NCBI GenBank assembly: GCA_012295275.1
Contig: CM022678.1
Span: forward strand, 10,168,001 to 10,232,000
Direction: 5' to 3'
Origin: Chrysomallon squamiferum
Taxonomy: Eukaryota > Animalia > Mollusca
DNA length: 64,000 nt
Part shown: positions 41,993-54,912 of the stretch, piece after piece
How positions within the stretch are numbered: the first letter of the stretch is position 1
Layout: every line of letters starts with the position of its first letter
Program-made: the position numbers and the translations under genes
Notes under the pieces: generated by a model
Told to the model about the DNA's origin: nothing
Database searches by the model: none
Seen by the model: the letters and a program-made list of their open reading frames with translations, nothing else

Positions 41993-42721
41993 TCTCTCTC
42001 TCTCTCTTTTTCTGTCCATATCTTATCTTCTGCATATTCTATCTGTAAATATCTCTTAGTTATTATTTTCTTATTTCTTTCTTTACCCATCTTTATCAAC
42101 CTCATTCTACTTAACACTCTCTTCAATCTGTATTTTCTTTGTCAATCTGTGTGTGTGTGTGTGTCTGAAGTCTGTCAGTGTATTTGTCATCTGTTGTTGG
42201 TATTTAGTGTTAGAGGGTGTCTTTGTTTCTGTGTTTCTTTATTTGCTATGTTTTTCTCTATCTGTTTTTTTATGTGTAAAGTATGTTTGTGCTAATCTGT
42301 GTCTACAGGCAAATATGTATTAGAACATGTACATAAAAGAGAAATCTTAAATATTTTTTTTCATTTTTGTTTTTATCAAGATAAATCAAATGAAAGTTCT
42401 GTTGAAAGGCTGATGTAAGCTGATTGACTACCAAAGAAACTGGCCACAGAGAAATTTTCAAACCTGAAATATGTCAATTTAAGAAAAGCAAAGTTCAACT
42501 CGAGTACTTTTGGACAATTGCCTTTGTTGATGTCACTGACTCAGCTAGCAACCATTAACTCAGATAGGTTGAGAATGGCTGGTACAGATGCAGTGAAAGC
42601 CATTTGTGGTCAGTAGTAGCCATTTGATTCATTAGAAGTAACTGTTACTGATTTTAATTTTGTAAATGTTTTTAAATAATTATGTAATTTGATTATTTCT
42701 GCATTATGAATATAAATAAAT

Positions 42722-42774
<53 letters not shown>

Positions 42775-43052
42775 AACTTCCTTAAAATATAAATTCCATT
42801 TATAAATGAAGTTTCTTGGTTAAACTGACTCTGTTACTCTGTCTAATTTTAGAAACTCTACCAAACAGTCATGTGACAGCTTTAAGGTTGCTCATTGGCT
42901 GATGCAGACCTTGACCCTGCTGTCAAGCAATCAGAAATCCTGCGCACCTGCTCAAGCTTTCATCCAGTTGGATTACAGATATGTTAATAACACAGTTTGT
43001 GGAGTCCATCTTGAAACAAAAGAAACATCCACTTAGTGTTCTTGATGATGCT
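40408..43052 (+). pseudogene. RI-like LRR pseudogene, copy B (exons 40408-40533, 41667-41861, 42381-42637, 42853-43052); later exons are LRRC41-like
   Basis: First two exons are paralogs of 12851-12976 and 16977-17153; later exons LKYVNLRKAKFNSSTFG, PNSHVTALRL, LLKLSSSWITD; in-frame stops. Confidence 0.75.
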
Positions 43053-44024
43053 GTATGTTTTCTTTATACAATTAATGGTATTTTCTCTTCTTTTTTTTTT
43101 TTGTTGTTCTTTATTTGTTCTTGGTTGTTTTTTGATCTTGGTCTAGGTATATTTTTATATGATGCAAAGATCATAAGTGTATAAAGAATACTTTTATAAA
43201 TATTATTTTAATTCAGGAGAGAAATCTGACAATATTATCACCAGAAATATGTTTTTTATTATTCTGTGTTTATTTTTTGTTTTTTCTCTGTCTTTTTCTC
43301 AAATTGCATTTACATAGATAGATAGCTATAAGCAATAGTGATAATTGCTATCTGACAATATATTTTTTAGTGAAAAATATAAATTTTTATAAAATTAAAT
43401 TAGTTTTTGATACAAAATAATAAAACAGAAGCTTGCATATTGTTTGAGATTTATTATATTTATTTTTATTACTACACACACACAGAGGAGGGAAAATAAC
43501 ACTTCTGAATAGCATCTTGTATTTTATATTAGCAAAGAGTTTTCAGTTCTGTTGTTGTGACAGAGATGTAATTAATACCAAAAACATCAGCAGCAACTTG
43601 TAATGTGATGGTGACAGTAGTACATTTCATGTCAGACATAGAAATCAGCTGTTTGAAGACAAATGACAGACCAGCTAGACTTGTTACTGTCTGAATCTAG
43701 TATGCTTATCTTGTTTGGAATCTCATGCTATTAGGTATCTCTGTGACTCAAAGCACTACTTACCTCTTTAATTGCCTGTTGCATTAATGTAGCACTAAAT
43801 CTGATCAAAACATCTTCATTTGATAAATTAGATGGACAAACTTTCTCATCTGTGACCTGCTCGTTACTGATTGCTGGCAGGTTTTATGTGTTTTGATTTT
43901 TTTTTGTTTTGTTGAGACCATCTTAGTGGGACATTGGTGCTACATCGTTAACAAAACTTGTTTATGATGTTCTAACTAACGCTATAGATTTGTCATTTCT
44001 TGCACTGTCTGACTTTTGTTCAAA

Positions 44025-47000
44025 TCATCTTTCTGGTTGTATGTAGCATGGCTCTGGCCAGTTCACGACCCTGATGTCTTTGTCATCTTCCAGAGGACAA
44101 ACTTTGTGTAACCTTCCATCTTGATCCAGCATTCCAATGTCTCTGTACAGTCGACTTCCCCAGTGATCTTGAATTTTTTTCCTGCACTGGATGTTTCCAA
44201 ACATCGGATGAAATGGTGAAAAGCCAGTTGTAGAATGAGTTGCAGCATTGTAGTAATAAACAAGCTGAGGTATGTACTCAGGCCATTTCTTCTTACATTC
44301 ACTGGAAATTGTGCGGAGCAGATCATGCAGTGTCCTGCTGAATCTCTCACACTGACCATTTCCTTCAGGGTGATATGGAGTGGTTCTGTTCTTTTTCACT
44401 CCATAAAGAGTACATAAACTACTTGTTACCTCCAATTTCAAGAGTGTAATCGTTCTGGTGCTCCACGTCACTGAAACCACTTCAAGTATCTTTGCTGTGG
44501 TTTCTGCCTTCTGGTCTTTCACAGTGAAATTGGTAAAAACATCAGTCATGACTAAGGCATTTTCTTTGCCACTTCAAGATGGCTGCAACACTGTCAAATC
44601 CATGGCTACAACCTCAACAGGTCTGGTAGCAATAAGATGTCCCAAAGGTAGTTTCAGTTTGGGTTGTGGCAGTTTGACCTCTCACACTCTTTACACCATT
44701 GTTCCACATCTTTGTGCATTGCAGGCCTGTTACATCTTCTAATAAGACACATGCTTCTTTCAAAACCTTGGTTATGTAAACTAAAGAGTAGCTGGGAAAT
44801 GAAGTATGGCTTCCATAGCTTCATTAAACTGTTCAGCTGTGACTGTTGCTTGTGTGACTTTTTTTCCACACTGTTTATAGCTTGTCTCATTGCTTTTGGA
44901 ATTTCTGTACTACTGCAGTATCTCTCAAAGCAGCTTCCACTGAAGTAGACATCATTCTGTGAAATTTCTTCCTGGACAGACCATCAACATTCTTATTGTG
45001 TTGTGCTGAATATTTCACATCAAAATCAACTGCCACCAGCTGAGACACCCATCTCTGTTCGTAATTTTGCAGTAAGAAGAAGACTTTCTGGATTGTTGTC
45101 TGCATAGATCGTAAATTTGTGTCTGAGGAAATAGTCTTTAAACTTTTCAATCACAGCCCATTTCAGAGCACAATAAAGTTTTCACTGAAATCAACGTACC
45201 CTAATATTGGAAGTTAACTTCTCTTTTAAAGTATTGAAAGCTTTTTGACAAGTCTCATCCCATGTATCCTTTAACAATGCTTGATTTTTCTTATCTCGGA
45301 ACCTGTTCACTAAAGAATTCAAAAGTCCAGCAGTAACTGAAAATCCTTTAACATATCGTCTGTAGTAACTGGCAACCCCCAAAATGACATCGGGTCCTTT
45401 GCTGTCTTAGGAACTTCCCATTCAAAAAAAGCCTTTATTTTGTCTGGATCTTTAGCTATCCCATTTCTAGATATTACATGTCCCAGATATTTCACTTCTT
45501 TTTAAGGAAACAGAATTTGCTTGGTTTTAGTTTAAGCCCATGATGTTTTAAAATTTTAAATACCTCTTCAGGTCTGTATAGGTGTTCATCAAATGAACTT
45601 GCATAAACTACAATATCATCCAAGAAGACTAGTAACACTGAAATATCTGCTGCATGAGTCTTTGAAATGTGGCTGGTGCTCCTGATAAACCAAACTGCAT
45701 TCGATTGTATTCAAACAAACCTATTTACATGATGAATGCAGTTTTGTCTTTGTCTTTATACTTGTCTGCAACTTGGGTGAATCCACTGGCCATATCCAGT
45801 GTACTGAACCACTTTGCTCCATGCAAAGCATCTAATGATTCATCTGTTCTAGGTAATGGAAATCAGTCTTTTCTAGTTTTAGCATTCAGCCACCTATAGT
45901 TGATTGTGTTGTCTGTTTTTCTCATATAACAATTGGAGATGAATATGGGCTATGGCTGGGTCAAATTACACCTTGTTTTATAAGTTTCTTGGTCAGCTCC
46001 TTGAATTCCTGATACTGAGTGTGTGAAATTCTTCTGTATGGTTGTGACACTGGGATGTTATCAGTTGGACGTATGTTATGTTTTTCAGTATCAGATCAAT
46101 GTTATCTTTAGCAAATACATCAGTTAAGTAACATCAGAGTATTTGCTAAGTTTTCTCTCTAACTTTTTCTTCTGCTCATCAGAACAATCGCAATTTGAGA
46201 TATCAATGTGCAATCTATCATTGTGACATGTCGAATTCTGTGAACCAACTGTAATCTGCTCCATAATAAACATCTTCTCTTTTTTCTGTGATTCTAAATT
46301 TTACCTCCATGTTGTTTATTGACTGAAGCTCTTCTACCTCTACTACTGATGATACATCAATTAGAGCAGCAGACTCAACTGGAATACAGACTGGACATTG
46401 TCCACTAAGGCTTTTCATCTGTTAGGCAGTCTGTAGATTAGTTATCTGGCATTTATGTACAGACCTGTTAATCAATTTCCTTAAGAAGTGTTTACCCAGG
46501 TCTTTAGCAAGCAATTCTCTACATTGGCCAATGACATTCATCCCCAGTATACATGGACTTGCTCCCTCCATAGCTGTGTGGCTTGGTCTTTAGGCCTGTT
46601 CACCATCAAGATTCCTCTGTCAGGAACTAATTTGCCTAGAGCTTCAATGTCCAGTTCAGTATATCCATAGTAGGGAATATCCAATCCATTGGCAGCCTTA
46701 AGTGAGAGACATCCTTGACTTGCAAGGAGCTGAATACCAAGTGGAGCAAAATTGTTGTGGAAGAAATCCTCAGTTATGGTAGTTACACTATTGACCCAGG
46801 ATCTAACAAACAATCAACTTGGACCCCTCCCATAGACACTTGGAATATAGGACAGTCAGAAACAGTTCTGAGAAACTCTTGATTGGAAACAGACTCAGAT
46901 AAGTCAGTACTTTGTTCCTCTGCTGTCTGACTCACAACAGTAGAGGGTCGAAGTTTCCTGCCTGCTCTTGCTGGTCTCCAACCAAACCTCATCCTCTTGT

Positions 47001-48810
47001 TGTACCCCTAGGTACTGACTTCCTCCTTTTCTACTTACCTACCTACCTCTGGGTAAATCTCTCTGCCTGTTTCTAGTGCAGTCCTTAGAGAAATGGTCAG
47101 GGCTGTTGTAACTAAAGCAAACACTGGACGCTGGTGGAGAAGTATTTAGCTGAATATGTCGCACTGTATTTGAAAACATTCCAGATACATTTTCTATCTG
47201 CTTCTGCTGCTTTGAAACAGCTTCCTGTACTTCTGCTAGCAGATAATGTGTTGATGGCGAAGAAATGATATCTCCAACCACAGTTCTGGATGTTTCTTTG
47301 TGTTTTGCAGTGCTGGAACACCCCACATCTTCTGACAGTTTAAAGGCTTCTTACCGCAACTGAAGAAAGGTCATGCCATCTCTCTACTGGACTAATTGTT
47401 TTAGTTCTTTCTTCATACTTGAGTTTTCAGTATTTTTCCTCTATCTAATAATTCACGAGACACAGTAAGAGAATTCTGTCAGTGATTCACCTTTCTTCTG
47501 CGATCCATCAAAAAGTAACTTTTGAAGTTCATGTTGGATTTTCTTGGTCTTGTTGTGACCTCAACCTAATTTCTTCTGTCGCTCTACCTTCTAAGTGAGC
47601 TGATATGAAACTAGCCCGCTCCTATTCTGCAAGGCTGTGATGCAGAAATGCCCTTTCTACCTGAACCCGAAAATCTCTAAATTTTAGGCCATTGTCTGAC
47701 CCATTAAATTTACCCACCCTTTATCTTGTTTCCGATATAAAATAACTGAGTCATAGGTGTGTGAGGTTTATTACTCTTACCTTTGGTGCTGCTTTCACCT
47801 TGTTTAGGACTCAGCAATTCCTCATTAAGTCATTGAGTCGCAGCCTTTCTTCCTGTAAGGCAGCCTGCAACACTGCCTCCTGATCTTTTTAGCTTTTTAG
47901 CTTTCGCCATTTTGCAAAGCTTTATAAATTAACTTGTGGTGCTTTTTGATTACATATTTACTTACTTTTAATTCATTATTACACACTTGGTGAAATAAGA
48001 AAATAATTTATCTACTAACTTTCTTTTAAGTCAGTATTTCAAGTTTTAACTGTTAGTATCAGATTATAACTGAACTCTACAAGAATCTTTATTTTAAATT
48101 TACTTCCCTAAATTTAGATGCCCTTAATTGCTGCCACTCAGGGCTGTTTACCTCACATGTTATCTAAGCCAAGGCTACTGACCATCACTGAACATTACTG
48201 GGTCCACACCATAAACAACTGGTCACTGAGAGTCAACTTTACTGACCCCAAACAGTTACAGGCCACGCCTCTTTATGTGATTATAGTTTGTAGGGAGATT
48301 CCTCAGATCATAACTTTCACAATTTCCCCATTAATCACCAGTTACTCATATCAGTTTTAGTTTACATATTACATTGTTAAAACAGTCTGACTGAGGGAAT
48401 ACCAGTATTGTCCAGTTAATTAATACTAAAACTTTAAGTAATATAAAACTCTCAGTTGTCATTTGTTCACATTCAAACATTTCACAATTACCTACCTTTC
48501 ATTGTTTGTGGTCAATAATGACAATTTACATTAAACACAAAGTGAAGCAACACAAAAAAAAAGCAACACAATGATATGAATGTTATCCACCACACACAGT
48601 AATCATAATGCAGAGGATTGTCTCAAACATCGTTCTCCATAGCCTGATATTCTCTCTTCTCTCTTGAACTCTCTTTCACCACAGTCACACCCTGTACTGA
48701 CCAGTACTGGCAGATTTACTGTCCTGGGTTCCTTAAACAAGCACCAGTGACAGTGTTTACCATATATTAATGTCCCAGGTGTCTTGGAGGAATTTCCCAT
48801 GTACATTACA
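44025..48810 (-). mobile_element. Decayed Ty3/Gypsy LTR retrotransposon (gag-PR-RT-RH-IN)
   Basis: Gag with degenerate Zn knuckle (CFSY..PDHFSKDC), protease CLLDPGS / AANGLDIPYYGY, RT SPYSSPI, LPRTDESLDALHGAKWFSTLDMASG, FGLSGAPATFQRLM, FLDDIVVY, integrase GNGQCERFSRTL, YNAATHSTTGFSPF; possible 5' LTR starting TGTAA at 48810. Confidence 0.92.
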
Positions 48811-49185
48811 TGTAAACAATGAGAAATAAACCTCAGACATGTTAATAGTGATGATGTATCTTTAGATTGTGCATTTTGAGTTCAGTCCCTCAAAATAATA
48901 ATAAAATAATAATAATAATAATGCTAACATAGTAGGATAGTGATAATAAAAGCTAATGTAGTAAAGGAGTTAATATAGCTGTAGTTGTAGTAGGTAGTAG
49001 TAGAAGTAGTAATAATAACTAGTTTAGTAATAGTAGTAATAATAATAATAGCAGCTATGTAGTTTTAATAGAGTGCGCGCAGCAGGAACAGTAGCTGTAG
49101 TTGCAACAGTCATAGTAGTAGTTCCTACTTCCTTTAAACAAGTATTTTAAACATTTTTTTTATTAATATTTTGTTTCCTATCAGG

Positions 49186-50134
49186 CAAGGAGAGACTGTT
49201 GTCAGTGTTGTCAGTTGTTGGGAAGTCATCACCACTAACAACATTGTATCTTTGCAACCAGAAGAAAAACTTAGAAGAAAATGAAATCAAAGAACTTGTC
49301 ACAAAGTTGTTTGCTTCCATTGATAATAAATAAATTCATTTTGAAAAAAGAACAATAAAATAAATCAAGAATGAATAAATAAATAAATAAATAAATAAAT
49401 AGCCTAAACCTAATCCTTACCCTCGTCCTAACCTTAATACTAGTCTTAATCCTAATCCTAACTATAATCTAAGCTAATGGTAAAAATAAGAAAAAAAGAA
49501 GTAATACTAAATAAAAGGGTTTATTATTGTTAATACTGTTGTTGTGTTGTTTTCTTTTTAAACTGTTTATATAAATTTAATTAATTTTAAGGTCTCACTG
49601 TCAAAAAGTCAGGGGAGAAAGTTGAATCATCTTGTAGTTGTCTCCCTTCAGTTGCAGTCAATTCCCTGATTAAACTGACAGCACTTGGAGGACATCCTGG
49701 CCAACAGTTATATTTGTTTTTTATTTTTAACATTTATATGGTTCATATTTATTGAAATTTGTCATCTCATTTATTTATTTATTTATCTTGCTCTAGGAAT
49801 ACTGGGTAATATGATGCACTGTCCAGACATTTTGACAGACAAAGGAACAGTCAACTTCTGACACTGACACTAGGTCATGTCCTTGACATTGCAGCCATGT
49901 TGAAAGGTCATGGTGAGTGATTATATAGCATGTAGTAGTGTAGTAATAACAGTTATCTGTCTGTCGTTCTGTATATCTGTAATAACAAACATCACATTCT
50001 GTTAATGTAGTAATAACAGTTCACAGCTATCTGTCCATCTTTCTGTACATCTATCTGTAATAACAAACATCATATTCTGCTTATTTATGAATATTTATAT
50101 TTGGTTGTCTCTCCCACTTAAAGCTTCTCTGTGT

Positions 50135-50221
<87 letters not shown>

Positions 50222-50935
50222 TTTGTTTTGTTTTGTTGGTTGTTTTTTGGGTTTCTTTATAATTCTTGATTGTTAATATATTTAAATGGCAACTTATTAT
50301 TTATATATATTGTTTTCTTCTTCTTTTAGAATCCTGCTATTTAATTGTGAATTTTATTGTTAGTAATCTTATTTTGTTTTATTATGTATCTGTTTATTGT
50401 TAATATAATGTAATTTCTTATTATGATTATTATTTTAACATTTTTTATTATTATTTTGTATATTTGTCTTATTACTATTGTTATTAGTCTTATTATAATG
50501 TATTATTGTTATTATTACTACTACAACTGTTACAAATACTACTGTTGTTTCTATTGCTGTTATTACTCCTACTCCTACTCCTGCTACTACTACTACTGTT
50601 ACTAAAACTACTACAACTACTACTACTACTATTACTACTACTACAGCTATTACAAATACTACTGTTGTTTCTATTGCTGTTACAACTGTTACTCCTCCTC
50701 CTCTCCTGCTACTACTACTGTTACAAAAACTATTACTATTACTACTACTACTACTACCTCTACTACTACTACTACAACTACCACTACTGCTACTACTACC
50801 ACTACTGCTATGACTACTGCTACTGTTTCAATTTGCCAGGATCCAGTTACTTGTTCAAACAGTGGAACAGCATGGACACTGATGTCTGATTGTGTATCTG
50901 TAGACCAGGCTATAGATTACTACAACAGAGGAGAG
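49186..50935 (+). pseudogene. Unidentified degenerate exons (~49186-49330, 49592-49708, 49797-49912, 50840-50935)
   Basis: GC-richer islands with AG acceptors and mostly GT donors amid simple repeats; no continuous frame and no recognised domain. Confidence 0.4.
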
Positions 50936-51549
50936 GTATTCCATTTAAATCATCAGTGTTTGACTAATTATATATAAATGTCATTTGATTTACCTACTAC
51001 TCCCAGTCTGTCAGCTTCTCTTGCTCTTTCAGTCTGTGTGTGTGTGTAAAAAAAAAAACCCATACAAATTCTCTCTGCTTTGTTCATTGGAGTGCTTTGA
51101 AGAACTTCCAGAAGTATCATATTTTTTTCAGCAGCAAAACAAAACAAAAAAATTTGAATTCTTATAATACTTAAACAGTGGTAAATTATTTGAAATAACT
51201 GTCCTAATTCAGATGATAAAATGTTTGTTTTTTTTTTTTGTTTTTATAAAAATAATTTTAATGAGTCTTGTTTATCCAGATAAAATATATTACAATTGAT
51301 TAAAACTTTAAATTTTCTGATTTCCAAATTTAATTCAATAACAGTCTCTAACATGAATAAATAATATTACTCTAGAAGAACTGACTTTTTTCTTCTTCTT
51401 CTTATGAATATCTATTACTGACATTTTCAACTTGAAACAAATCTCTTTGAAGCTGATGATTATGCACACTATGTCAGTAAGCACAAGACATGAAATTTAA
51501 AAAAAGATTATGGTTTAGTTGCCCAAAAAATATTTTTGTGATCATCTCT

Positions 51550-51677
51550 TTTTTTCTGTAAGTTGTAACATAACAGCCACTATTAATAATTTTATAGCAA
51601 ATATTAATTTCACATAAAAGGTTTGTTGGTTATTCGATAAATTGAAAGTATCGGCTTACCTTAATTTGTCAACATCT
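51550..51677. repeat. Dispersed anchor repeat, copy 3 (truncated)
   Basis: TTTTTCTGTAAGTTGTAACA...AAGGTTTG..TTCGATAAA..TATCGGCTTACCTTAATTTG..AACATC, matching 1650-1770. Confidence 0.8.
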
Positions 51678-52406
51678 AAAAAGAAATATGAAAATTCTTT
51701 ATTAATTAAAATAGCCACAAATATTTAGTCCTAGTTAACAAATCAGTTGGTAAGACATTTTCAAACAAACCTTGACAAAAATTGAATTATATAATAATAA
51801 TAATAATAATAACAACAACAACAACAACAACAACAACAATAATAATATTAAATAACAATATATAGTATTATATGCTTGGATTTTTCAAAAGAAACAAAAA
51901 TTAAAGGAAAGCAACGTGAAATGACAGTGAGTAAAGTTTAGCGTGTGACAAAAATAAGAAAATCAATGACTTTCCTCTATAAAATATGCAGCCGTTCAAC
52001 TTTTCTTTTTAGTATTTTTTCTTCTTTTTTTATTTTTTTTTTTTATTTTTATTTTTATTTTTTTATTTATTTTTATTCCGAGTAAGTAATCTCTGATGAT
52101 ATTGAAGACTAAAATAAAATAAATTGTTCTATAGGGAAGGCATATATTTTATTAAAAGAATTAAAACAAGGTGACTCATTAATATTTTATTGAGGCATAT
52201 TACTGTGCATAGAAATAAAACTAAAAGAATTTAAAATAATAATAATAATAATAATACTGTGCATAGAAATAAAACTAAAAGAATTAAAATAATAATAATA
52301 ATAATAATAATGTATGGTTTTTGTTAAGTAGTTTAATGCTGTCCACATGTAATTTGTATATTAATGGGTTCTTTAACTTAGTTATACTGATTTATATCGT
52401 GACAAT

Positions 52407-52466
<60 letters not shown>

Positions 52467-52533
52467 CTATCTTTCTAACTCTCTTTGTATCTCTCTCTCT
52501 TTCTCTGTATCTCTCTCTCTGTCTCTGTATCTA

Positions 52534-52606
<73 letters not shown>

Positions 52607-52697
52607 ATCTCTTTATCTCTTTCTCTCTCTGTCTCTATCTCTCTGTCTCTGTATCTATCTCTCTCTCTTTCTTTCTCTATATCTCTCTTATGTATCC

Positions 52698-52763
<66 letters not shown>

Positions 52764-52997
52764 CTTACTCTCTCTCTGTCACATGAACTTCTCTTTGTCT
52801 CTCTCTCTATCCGTGAAAAACACGCATTGTTTGTTAATCTAAAATTAATTAGGCTTTCATCCGCCAATTCATACATCCATACAATTAATATTCGCTTTTA
52901 TTACTTTTCCTTTCAATCCTCTAACACACACGCAATACAGTCATTAATAAGAAATGTTTTTGTTTTTGTTTTTTTTCTAGCATTTATATTTTCCTGT

Positions 52998-54039
52998 TTA
53001 CGTTTTCCAGGACCATTTTTGATTGTTGCTTCCATTACAGTCTCGAAGTTGAAGAGCGGCTGTTCCGTTCACCCCCTCCACACATTTATTTTTTGTGTTG
53101 AAATAAATAGTTTTATTCTGAAAAGAGTAACCGAATTGATATTATTAAAATAGTTGATCAGAATAGTTACATATACAAGGTTTACACACTGGATTGTATC
53201 TACTTACGTGTAATTATAAAGATGTGTTTCGTGATAAAAATGTATTGAGCACGAACAATGTAATGCTTGGATCAAAATTTAAGTAAATAAATCAGTCAAA
53301 AATAATTAGTATATTAGTAAAAATATTGATCAGTTTAAGATTACATTTTTTATTTGTTTTTTGAGACCAAAACAAATATGTATACTAATTTTTATTGAAA
53401 ATGAAATCAGTTTGATTAAACTTACTATGGAAATTGATATGGAATTAACGAATAAAAAAAAGAAAAAAGAAGACAAGAAAACAACAACAGTGAAATGAAG
53501 AAGGATATAATTATGTTTAATAATAAATTGGTTAAAAAGTAATAAATAAATAAATAAATGAGTAAATAAATAAATACTAAATAAATAAGTAAATAAAACA
53601 AAATATTTTTGAAATAAGTATATATATCTTTATAACTAAAACTAGTGTTGATATTACCGTACTTACTCGGGTATATGTAAAATTCTGATTGCCGCCCATC
53701 TGATGACAAGAAAACATCGTAACCGTATTTTCATTTTCACTGCCTGCATCAAAGCATGTTCTCATCTGACGTAGTTCTGGTACTTTCCCCACGTAATAAC
53801 AGATCTGGAAATAAAATGTGAAATGATAAAGCCTCAAATTATTGATCCACAAACATGCCGATGATGACAGATGTTGTTATTTATCTGCGGTGATAAATAC
53901 AAGACTGAGTTAACGTACAGATTAGTACAAGCAGATGTTTAGTATGAAGCTTTTCAAATCGCACGCATATATGTGTGTGTGTGTGTGTGTCACTGTGTGT
54001 GTATGTGTGTGTGTAGATAGATTGAAAGATATATAGATG

Positions 54040-54077
<38 letters not shown>

Positions 54078-54475
54078 CAGACAGATATACAGATGGATAG
54101 ATAGATACTGATACATTAGTGTAAGAAAATGTCTAGAATGGGAAATTATATTTTAATTTTAACTTAGCTACTTCTGTATTGGTGTATTTCTGTCTATACG
54201 TCTGTCTCTGTATACGTTCTACCCTTCTATCTGTCTACACATCGATCTTCGTATGAATGTCCGTTTTTCTTTTTGTATGTCATCTCTCTAACTCTGTCTT
54301 TGTCTCTGTCTTTCTGTCTGCCTACCTGTCTTCCTTTCTTTCTATCTATCTAACGTGTCTGTCAGTTTATTTATTTATTATTATTATTATTTTTTTTTTG
54401 TTGACATTATTATTATTATTATTATTGTTGTTGTTATTGTTGTAGTTATTATTGACATTATTATCATTTTCATCA

Positions 54476-54525
<50 letters not shown>

Positions 54526-54852
54526 TATTATTATTATTATTATTAATCACTTTGGAATGACATCAGCTGATTAGATGACACATGAAAAATGTCAAACTTT
54601 ACCTGGTTGGTGATATTTTCACAATGACGCCATACTATTGTTTTTTCAGTGATTCTGTGATCTCCCATTGAATCAATACACATATCTGCAGCAGCGTGAT
54701 TATAAAGCTGAAATTTCAAAAAGAAAAATACAAAATAACATTGACATAACAATTCATTCATCATACATATGAAGATTTTAACGCGATTATTTCTTTGCGG
54801 TACATAAATTTAATAAAAGAAAGAGAATTACAGAAAAGATCAATAAACAGCC

Positions 54853-54912
<60 letters not shown>

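Noticed and set aside
43500-44025. 3' LTR of the Gypsy element
   Set aside because: No visible similarity to the candidate 5' LTR region (48.3-48.8 kb); no TSD could be defined.
1594-51677. Autonomous Helitron or Maverick explaining the captured fragments
   Set aside because: No Rep/helicase, PolB or capsid coding sequence and no convincing termini seen.
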